Below, piece by piece: positions 48,882 through 56,569 of a stretch of 64,000 nucleotides of DNA. Origin of the DNA: an uncultured Candidatus Saccharibacteria bacterium. GTDB lineage: Bacteria; Patescibacteriota; Minisyncoccia; Phycocordibacterales; JACNGX01. A program made the position numbers and the translations under genes. The DNA lies in the NCBI GenBank assembly GCA_964621395.1, contig CAZULS010000002.1, forward strand, positions 23,306-87,305, written 5' to 3'. The stretch's first letter is position 1, and each line of letters starts with the position of its first letter. The notes under the pieces are model-generated. The model searched no databases, was not told where the DNA came from, and saw nothing but the letters and a program-made list of their open reading frames with translations.

Positions 48882-49862
48882 ATGGCAAACAAAAATTCAG
48901 CACAAATGATAACGGGGAAATCTTTCGAGTATGCTCTTCTTGTTTCGTTTGAGGATAAGTTAAAGAGTAAAACCAACCTTGAAGTAATTAAGAACTCAGC
49001 TTTTTATGTTGCAAAAAGTTGTTTCGACAGTGTCTCTCCGAGCAAAAGAAGCGAGTATCTTTTATCAGCAAGTTTTGCTGTGAATTTTCTAATGGATATA
49101 GAACCTAGACTCTCAAACGATATGGGCAAAGATGATGTTCTTCAGCTTGAAATTTTATCTGATGATTATGGTAAGACAGGCGATGTTCGTGATGTGCTTG
49201 CTATCAGATTACTTCAGAAATGGGAAATTGGAGTTTCTGCAAAGAATAACCATAAAGCAGTTAAACATCCGCGACTATCTTCAGATATAGATTTTGGTGA
49301 TAAGTGGCTAGGCATTAAGGCGTCAGAAAAATATTTTGATGCAGTGGTGCCCATATTTGACCTTCTTAAGAAGATTAAAAAAGAGAGTGAGGGAAAGAAA
49401 AAATGGAATGAACTAAAAAATTATCACGCAGAGATATACGTACCAATCCTTCAGGCATTTGTAGAGGAGTTGAGAAGTCTTTATAAAAAGAATCCTAAAA
49501 AGGTAGCCTCAAATTTAGTTGCATATCTTGTTGGTAATAGGGATTTCTATAAGGTAATCAAGGGCAAGAACTCTGTAGAAATTCACGCTTATAATTTGAA
49601 CGGGACATTAAATTTACCTTTCAAGGAAATTCAGCCAAAATACAAGACCCCTAAAGTTCCTCTTCCTACGGAGATTACCGATATAGTCTTCAAAACCGAC
49701 AGTGATACAACAGTAATAGTTACTATGAACAATGACTGGACACTATCTTTTAGGATTCATAGTGCAAGTTCTAGAGTCGAACCATCTTTAAAGTTTGATA
49801 TAAATCTATTGAAGTCACCAAAGAAATTATTCAAGAATACACTGAATATCAGTCACGATTAA
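48882..49862 (+). CDS. HaeIII-family type II restriction endonuclease
   Basis: GKSFEY, GDVRD, GVSAKNNH.AVKHPRLS, SFRIHSASSRVEPSLKFDI. Confidence 0.85.
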   Translation: MANKNSAQMITGKSFEYALLVSFEDKLKSKTNLEVIKNSAFYVAKSCFDSVSPSKRSEYLLSASFAVNFLMDIEPRLSNDMGKDDVLQLEILSDDYGKTGDVRDVLAIRLLQKWEIGVSAKNNHKAVKHPRLSSDIDFGDKWLGIKASEKYFDAVVPIFDLLKKIKKESEGKKKWNELKNYHAEIYVPILQAFVEELRSLYKKNPKKVASNLVAYLVGNRDFYKVIKGKNSVEIHAYNLNGTLNLPFKEIQPKYKTPKVPLPTEITDIVFKTDSDTTVIVTMNNDWTLSFRIHSASSRVEPSLKFDINLLKSPKKLFKNTLNISHD

Positions 49863-49864
49863 CT

Positions 49865-50842
49865 ATGAAATTAGTATCTTTGTTTACAGGCGCAGGAGGG
49901 CTTGATCTCGGATTTGAAAAGGTCGGTTTTCAGGTTATTTGGGCAAATGAATTCGATAAATCAATATGGAAGACTTTTGAACATAATTTTCCACATACAA
50001 AATTAGATAAGAAGAGCATCACAGAAGTTCAATCATGTGAAGTACCGGACGCAGACGGGTTTATTGGCGGACCTCCTTGTCAGAGCTGGAGTGAAGCAGG
50101 TGCCGGACGAGGGATAGACGATAAGCGTGGACAACTCTTTCATGATTATATTCGTCTTCTAAAGGATAAACAGCCGAAGTTTTTCCTTGCTGAAAATGTA
50201 TCCGGCATTCTTCATCCCAAACATTCGGAAGCTTTTTCAAATATTATCAAGGAATTTGAGAACGCAGGATATGTTGTGTCTCAAAAATTATTAAATGCGA
50301 ACGATTATGATGTTCCACAGGATAGATTACGTGTCATCATCATTGGATATCACAAGGATCTAGGAAAGAAGTTTGAATTTCCTGAGCCACAAATATATAA
50401 ACCTGTTCTCAGGGACGCTATTTATGACTTGCGCAGAGCGAAGCCGGCCAAAGATAGGAACAAGACAAATGGTGAGAGTTTGGAAATACCGAATCATGAA
50501 TATATGAACGGCGGTTTTTCGACGATTTACATGTCTAGAAATCGTGTGCGAGCTTGGGATGAGCCATCATTTACAATACAGGCAGGTGGTCGTCATGCGC
50601 CAATTCATCCACAGGCCCCGAAAATGAAATTCATCGAACAAAATAAAAGAATCTTTGTCCCTGGGTACGAAGATAAGTATCGTCGGCTGTCTGTTCGAGA
50701 GTGCGCGAGAATCCAGACGTTTCCGGATGATTTTATATTTAAATATAACGATGTTGCGAATGGATATAAAATGATCGGTAACGCTGTGCCAGTTAATTTT
50801 GCGAAGCATATTGCACGGAAGATAATGGATGATTTAGTATAG
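49865..50842 (+). CDS. DNA (cytosine-5) methyltransferase, M.HaeIII-like (probably GGCC)
   Basis: FTGAGG, GPPCQSWS, ENV, Q.R.R, TRD STIYMSRNRVR..FTIQAGGR. Confidence 0.92.
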   Translation: MKLVSLFTGAGGLDLGFEKVGFQVIWANEFDKSIWKTFEHNFPHTKLDKKSITEVQSCEVPDADGFIGGPPCQSWSEAGAGRGIDDKRGQLFHDYIRLLKDKQPKFFLAENVSGILHPKHSEAFSNIIKEFENAGYVVSQKLLNANDYDVPQDRLRVIIIGYHKDLGKKFEFPEPQIYKPVLRDAIYDLRRAKPAKDRNKTNGESLEIPNHEYMNGGFSTIYMSRNRVRAWDEPSFTIQAGGRHAPIHPQAPKMKFIEQNKRIFVPGYEDKYRRLSVRECARIQTFPDDFIFKYNDVANGYKMIGNAVPVNFAKHIARKIMDDLV

Positions 50843-50846
50843 AGAT

Positions 50847-52784
50847 ATGAGAATTATAGAACGTATAGAAATCGCCTATTTTCGCTCTTTTCCTGAAAGT
50901 ACGATTATAAAAGATTGCAGGGACTTGAATGTCTTTTCTGGTGCGAATGATTCGGGAAAATCAAATATTCTTAGAGCATTAAATCTCTTTTTTTCGGAAA
51001 CGAAAACAGATTTTTATCAGATGATTGATTTTGAAAAAGATTTTTCTAAAGAGAGAGAGAATGTCGTTACGAAAGACACGGTGAAGGGTAAGAAATTTTT
51101 TCGTATCAGTATCTTGTTTAACAAAAAAGGTCTCGGCATATCCTCAACTGTTCTACCGGATTCGTTTTGGGTTGAGAAGGTTTGGGATAAAGAAGGTTCA
51201 ATGACTTCTAGAAAAACGAAGAATGGTAAACGACAACTTATATATGATGATGGTGCTAGCAAAAGGCAGACAAAGGTAGAGACTGCCACGACGATGTTTT
51301 TGAAAAAAATAGATTTTGCCTATGTCCCAGCGATAAGGGATAAATCTTTTTTTGACTATTTGAAGAAGGAATACCAAGATTCTCTTGGGCGCAAAATTTC
51401 TCGTCTGACTAACATTGCTACAGACGATAAGAGGACCATTGAAGAGTGGCTGAATATTTTAACAGTTGGTGACTTAACTGAGCAACTCGATAAAAAGATA
51501 GATCAGGAGTCAAAGGCTCTTATGAAAAAATTTAAAGAGTATACTCATGAGATAAAAGAGTCCGCCTTTTCTATCCCTAATTTAAAACTTGATTTTTCAC
51601 AAGTCCTTGAGATTGCAACTGAGCAGAATATCTACCTTCCTTTTCGTGGTGATGGGGTTCAGGCGAAATTTATTCCACAGATAATGACGGAGATTACGAA
51701 GAATAAAAAGACCCCAATTGTCATATGGGGCTTTGAAGAACCAGAAAATTCACTGGAATATAGAAATGCCCAACAGTTTGCCGAATTACTTCTCAGTGAG
51801 AGCTTAAAGGAAAAACAAGTGTTCGTTACTAGTCATGCATTTAATTTTATTGCCCTACAAGGTGAAAACGTATCTCAGTATAGAGTCTATAAAGGTGAGA
51901 AAAATGAAACGAATATTACCTCTTTGAACGTAGAACAAAGTTCTATTTTTGAAAAAAGCGATAGAGACCTTTTGTCAGAGGAGTTGGGTGTTTTTGAGTT
52001 AAACAATGAACTGAGGTCAGTCTATAGCCTGAAAATTAATGAGATAAATCTCTTTAAGGAAAAAAAGTCAGAATACGAAAGACTGTTATCTTCCAGACCA
52101 GACAAGATATTTATTTGTGAAGACTCAAAGCCAAACATTGTTTCTTTGTGGGAGAGGTTTTTGGTGGACCTTGATATTCAGGACGTCAAAGTTATGTCAT
52201 CCGAAGGTTCAACACAAAATATTGTCGAATTAGGAATTCTTCATCAGAAAAAGCTTGATCCAGAATATAATCCATCTGTATTTAGGCAAATTGATAGAGA
52301 CGGACTAACTGATGGTCAGATGAAGGCTCTTGAAGAAAAACTCTTTAGGCAATTTAAGAGAGATATAAAGAAATATGAGTATTCTTTTCTTCCTGTTAAC
52401 GAGATTGAGAATTTTGCGGTTATTCAGAAAGAAGATATTTTCAATGGAGATTTTTGGAAAGTAAATCAAAAAAAGATAGAGGATAAATTTATGAGTACAG
52501 TAGAGGGAAGTTCGAAAAAGTTCTCAAAACTATTTGACACAGAAACTGAGAAAAGAGAATGGTTATTATTTCGGGATAAGGGTGGCGGCTTCTCTTCTGT
52601 TTATAAAGGGATGAGAGACTTCGCACAAAAAGACGGGAATAGATTTTTTCCTGGTAAAGATATTTGCAAGGAGATAGATAATTTCTCAGGAATTACTTTT
52701 TTAACTCACCTTGCTCCAGAGACATATTCGGAGGATTTGAAAGAGTATCTTAGTAGTATTAAAAATTTTTTTGAAGAATCATAG
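50847..52784 (+). CDS. ABC-type ATPase (AAA_15/OLD-like) with putative TOPRIM-like C-terminus
   Basis: GANDSGKS, FEEPENSL, VTSH. C-terminal FICED and DRD acidic motifs. Confidence 0.75.
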   Translation: MRIIERIEIAYFRSFPESTIIKDCRDLNVFSGANDSGKSNILRALNLFFSETKTDFYQMIDFEKDFSKERENVVTKDTVKGKKFFRISILFNKKGLGISSTVLPDSFWVEKVWDKEGSMTSRKTKNGKRQLIYDDGASKRQTKVETATTMFLKKIDFAYVPAIRDKSFFDYLKKEYQDSLGRKISRLTNIATDDKRTIEEWLNILTVGDLTEQLDKKIDQESKALMKKFKEYTHEIKESAFSIPNLKLDFSQVLEIATEQNIYLPFRGDGVQAKFIPQIMTEITKNKKTPIVIWGFEEPENSLEYRNAQQFAELLLSESLKEKQVFVTSHAFNFIALQGENVSQYRVYKGEKNETNITSLNVEQSSIFEKSDRDLLSEELGVFELNNELRSVYSLKINEINLFKEKKSEYERLLSSRPDKIFICEDSKPNIVSLWERFLVDLDIQDVKVMSSEGSTQNIVELGILHQKKLDPEYNPSVFRQIDRDGLTDGQMKALEEKLFRQFKRDIKKYEYSFLPVNEIENFAVIQKEDIFNGDFWKVNQKKIEDKFMSTVEGSSKKFSKLFDTETEKREWLLFRDKGGGFSSVYKGMRDFAQKDGNRFFPGKDICKEIDNFSGITFLTHLAPETYSEDLKEYLSSIKNFFEES

Positions 52785-52879
52785 CCAATAATTTATCTCC
52801 TTTCCGATATTTGCATTCTCAGGAAGACCAGATCTTAGAGAGTGCGAATATGAGGAGAGTAGATTCGTAATTCGTAACT

Positions 52880-53548
52880 ATGCATTTTCATGTGATTACA
52901 ATTTTTCCTGAGATGGTGCGGGGGTATGTTGACTCTGCGCTTCTTTTGCGTGCGCAGAAGGAGAAAAAGATTTCCGTGTCGTGTTATGATCCGCGAGATT
53001 TTACGAAAGATAAATGGCGGAAGATTGATGACCGTCCGTATGGGGGCGGGCCTGGTATGGTGATGGAAGCGGAGCCTATTTTGAAGGCGGTGAAGAAGGC
53101 GCGAGGGAAAAAGCTTGTATCATCGAAGACCGGCCAAGGGGAAAAGGTGAAGACGATTATTGTGTCGCCGCGCGGTGAGCAATTTTCAAATGACATGGCG
53201 GAGAAATGGGCGAAGCGCTACGACCATCTCGTGATTATTTCGGGGCGGTATGAGGGGATTGACGCGCGTGTGAAAAAGGCGCTTCGGGCTGAGGAGATTT
53301 CTATGGGGCCGTATGTTCTTACCGGCGGGGAAGTGCCGGCAATGGCGATTATTGATGCGACGGCGCGACGGATTCCGGGAGTTCTTGGAAATGAAGAATC
53401 GCCGGAGGAATACCGAGTAGCTTCGGGGGAGACATACACCCGTCCGGAGGTATTTACCTATGAAGGAAAACAATATCGCGTGCCGAAGGTGCTTCTTTCG
53501 GGGGATCATGGTGCGATAGAGGAGTGGAGACGGAAAAGCTCCAAATAA
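52880..53548 (+). CDS. trmD: tRNA (guanine37-N1)-methyltransferase
   Basis: DDRPYGGGPGMV, GRYEGIDAR, YVLTGGE. Confidence 0.97.
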   Translation: MHFHVITIFPEMVRGYVDSALLLRAQKEKKISVSCYDPRDFTKDKWRKIDDRPYGGGPGMVMEAEPILKAVKKARGKKLVSSKTGQGEKVKTIIVSPRGEQFSNDMAEKWAKRYDHLVIISGRYEGIDARVKKALRAEEISMGPYVLTGGEVPAMAIIDATARRIPGVLGNEESPEEYRVASGETYTRPEVFTYEGKQYRVPKVLLSGDHGAIEEWRRKSSK

Positions 53549-53830
53549 CAATATTCAAATACAAAATAAATCACAATTTCGAAAAAGTAGATGAAAAACT
53601 GGATTCCCGCTCGTGGGCGGGAATGACAAGAACTGCGTTGGGAATGATAAAAAGGTAGGGAAGTACACAGAAGCACGCAGCGGCACCGAAGGTGCCGCCG
53701 CGCGCTTGTTTCTTTGGGTATTGGGATTTCGGTATTATTTGTTATTTGGTGCTTGGAGTTTGTGTTTTGTCCTTCTGTATCCACAGAGGGCTGATTGGTA
53801 CTTCTTTCTTCGGTCGGGTATAATATATCT

Positions 53831-54892
53831 ATGAATTACAAAACAGAACTCGAAGATCTGATCGTGACCGTCATCCGAGAGAATGCATCAGATATTCACT
53901 TTTCCGTGGGGCGCAGGCCGACGATTCGTGTGTCCGGTTCCTTGGTGCCGCTCGCAAAGAAAAATATTCTCACCACCGAAGACACACTCGGCTTTCTTAC
54001 GGAGCTTACCCCCGAAGAGAAGAAAGAAGAATTTCTCCAGACCCAAGAACTCGATTTTTCCTATGAATACGGGCAAGAGGCGCGTTTTAGGTGTAATGCA
54101 TCATTCCAGCGCGGCAGTATTTCCATTGCCATGCGTCTTATCCCGCGCAAGATTCGCACGCTTGAGGAACTCTCTTTGCCGCTTGTCTTGGGCGACTTTG
54201 CCATGAAGCAACAGGGCTTCTTCCTTGTGGTGGGGCCGGTGGGGCAAGGAAAGTCGACCACGCTTGCTGCGATGATTGATCTTGTGAATCACAAACGCAC
54301 AGAACATATTGTGACGATTGAGGATCCGATTGAGTATGTCTACGATCAAGACAAGAGTATTATCGATCAGCGCGAAGTGCGGGTTGATACGAAAGATTTC
54401 TCCACGGCGCTCAGAAGTGCGTTCCGCCAGGATATTGATGTGCTTCTCGTCGGTGAGATGCGCGGAACAGAAACGATGTCCACAGCGGTAACCGCCGCAG
54501 AAACCGGACACCTGGTCTTCTCCACGCTCCACACCAACAATGCCGCACAAACTATCGATCGTATTATCGACTCATTCCCGCCCGAGCAGCAAGATCAGAT
54601 TCGTATTCAGCTTGCCGGTAGCTTGAACGGTATTTTCTCTCAGCGTCTTATTCCGCGCATTTCCGGCGGTATGATTCCGGCGTATGAGCTTCTCATCAAT
54701 AATAAAGCGGTGGCAAATCTTATCCGCGAAGGGCGCACACATGAAATCAATGTGCTTATTGAAACAGGTATGGAACAAGGTATGATTGACATGAATAAGT
54801 CACTCGCTGAGCTTGTCCGTGCAGGGGAGATTCGCCCCGATGATGCCTACACGCATTCGTTTAATCCGCGCGGTCTTGAACGACTCATTTAG
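53831..54892 (+). CDS. pilT: Type IV pilus retraction ATPase
   Basis: ASDIH, GQGKSTT, TIEDPIE, GEMR, TGHLVFSTLHTN. Confidence 0.93.
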   Translation: MNYKTELEDLIVTVIRENASDIHFSVGRRPTIRVSGSLVPLAKKNILTTEDTLGFLTELTPEEKKEEFLQTQELDFSYEYGQEARFRCNASFQRGSISIAMRLIPRKIRTLEELSLPLVLGDFAMKQQGFFLVVGPVGQGKSTTLAAMIDLVNHKRTEHIVTIEDPIEYVYDQDKSIIDQREVRVDTKDFSTALRSAFRQDIDVLLVGEMRGTETMSTAVTAAETGHLVFSTLHTNNAAQTIDRIIDSFPPEQQDQIRIQLAGSLNGIFSQRLIPRISGGMIPAYELLINNKAVANLIREGRTHEINVLIETGMEQGMIDMNKSLAELVRAGEIRPDDAYTHSFNPRGLERLI

Positions 54893-54918
54893 GAGCACGT
54901 GAATCCGATATCTCGACT

Positions 54919-56130
54919 ATGTTATTTGCCTATAAAATCATTACCCAAGACGGGGAAGAAAAAGAAGGAACTATTGAAGCAATCAATCGCGAGGTTGCCA
55001 TTTCGTCGTTGCAGCGACGTGGCTTCATTATCGTTGCTTTGAATGAGGCAAGCGGAGGCGGCGGTTCACTTTTGTCGATGGAAATCGACATGTTTCAGCG
55101 TGTGACCAATAAAGAGATTGTGATGGTCTCACGTCAGATTGCGACGCTCTTTGATGCACATGTCTCAGCTCTCCGGGCATTTCGTTTGCTTTCCGCCGAG
55201 GTGGAGAATCCGCTCCTTTCAAGAATTATGGTGGCGGTTGCTGATGATATTCAAGGAGGTGTATCACTTTCCAAGGCACTTTCCAAGCACCCGAAGGCCT
55301 TCTCGGATTTCTATGTGAACATGGTGAAGGCCGGGGAAGAATCGGGTAATTTGAACGAAACCTTCATGTACTTGGCGGATTATTTGGATCGTTCGTATGA
55401 GCTTACCTCAAAGACAAAAAACGCCCTTGTGTATCCGGCATTTGTAATTGCGACATTCTTTGTGGTGATGACGCTCATGCTCACCATGGTGATTCCGCGT
55501 TTGTCGGTGATTTTGACGGAAACCGGTCAGGAGATTCCGGTATACACGAAAATAGTGTTGGCGATCAGTTCATTTTTGACCACATACGGTATTTTCTTCT
55601 TGATTGCACTGATTATCGGCGGATTTTTCCTCTTTCGTTATGCGCAAACGGATGAAGGGTCTCGTGCGCTCTCGCGTTTGAAACTCGAAACGCCATACTT
55701 GGGAAATCTCTACACAAAACTCTACCTCTCTCGTATTGCCGACAATATGAATACGATGCTTTCCTCGGGAATCTCTATGGTGCGTGCGATTGAGATTACG
55801 TCGAGTGTTGTGGGCGATGAAGACTATCGCAAAACACTGCTTGATGTGGCACAAGATGTGAAAGCCGGTTCGGCATTTTCCGCGGCACTCGAGCAGTATC
55901 CGACTATGCCGGGTATTTTGGTGCAGATGGTGCGCGTGGGTGAAGAAACCGGTGAGCTTGGCAATATTTTGAAAACACTTGCTGCCTTTTATAAGCGCGA
56001 AGTAAACAATGCCGTCGACACCTTGGTGGGATTGATTGAGCCGTTTATGATTGTGGTCCTCGGTTTGGGCGTATCCACACTTCTCGCTTCCGTGCTCGTA
56101 CCGATTTACAATATCACTGCGGGGATTTAG
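54919..56130 (+). CDS. pilC: Type IV pilus/T2SS platform protein (PilC/GspF)
   Basis: Two T2SSF repeats (AGEESG, VGEETG), LVYPAFV, LIEPFMI. Confidence 0.92.
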   Translation: MLFAYKIITQDGEEKEGTIEAINREVAISSLQRRGFIIVALNEASGGGGSLLSMEIDMFQRVTNKEIVMVSRQIATLFDAHVSALRAFRLLSAEVENPLLSRIMVAVADDIQGGVSLSKALSKHPKAFSDFYVNMVKAGEESGNLNETFMYLADYLDRSYELTSKTKNALVYPAFVIATFFVVMTLMLTMVIPRLSVILTETGQEIPVYTKIVLAISSFLTTYGIFFLIALIIGGFFLFRYAQTDEGSRALSRLKLETPYLGNLYTKLYLSRIADNMNTMLSSGISMVRAIEITSSVVGDEDYRKTLLDVAQDVKAGSAFSAALEQYPTMPGILVQMVRVGEETGELGNILKTLAAFYKREVNNAVDTLVGLIEPFMIVVLGLGVSTLLASVLVPIYNITAGI

Positions 56131-56293
56131 GTTAGCTTATAGCTTTTGGCTTGTAGCTTATAGAAAGCGGTTGTTTGGATGTAGTGAGGAAATAGGGAAG
56201 TTGTTAGTTTTTAGTTGGTAGTTATTAGACAGGCGCGCTGACGCGCGCCTTCTCTATAAGCTATCAGCTAAAAGCTCTAAGCTAATGTTGGTA

Positions 56294-56322
56294 TTGACAA
56301 AAATAGGCATATAGATTATACT
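56294..56322 (+). promoter_or_regulatory. rpoBC promoter
   Basis: TTGACA-17nt-TATACT, about 240 nt upstream of the rpoB ATG. Confidence 0.75.
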
Positions 56323-56569
56323 CTCCATACTACTAAGATTGAGTCATGAAAGCGTAGTGCATTATTTATTCTCCCTCCATTTAATGCATACGACTGCCGA
56401 ATAATTGTATCCATTCCGAAGAAGCAAGATATCTTGCTCTCTTTTTGTGTTGTATATCGGAATGAGGCATTATGAGCACTGTGCTGGAGGAGTTTGTTAT
56501 AAGCTTATTTAATAGTCTTTTCGAGGGTGGAGCGCGGGAGGAGGCGTTCTATCATCGTGATAGTTTGTT

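Noticed and set aside
26803-50842. Link between GGCC flanks of the in-frame element and the HaeIII-like (GGCC) R-M system
   Set aside because: Several copies use GACC/GGTC instead, and the R-M islet looks recently acquired. No evidence beyond coincidence.
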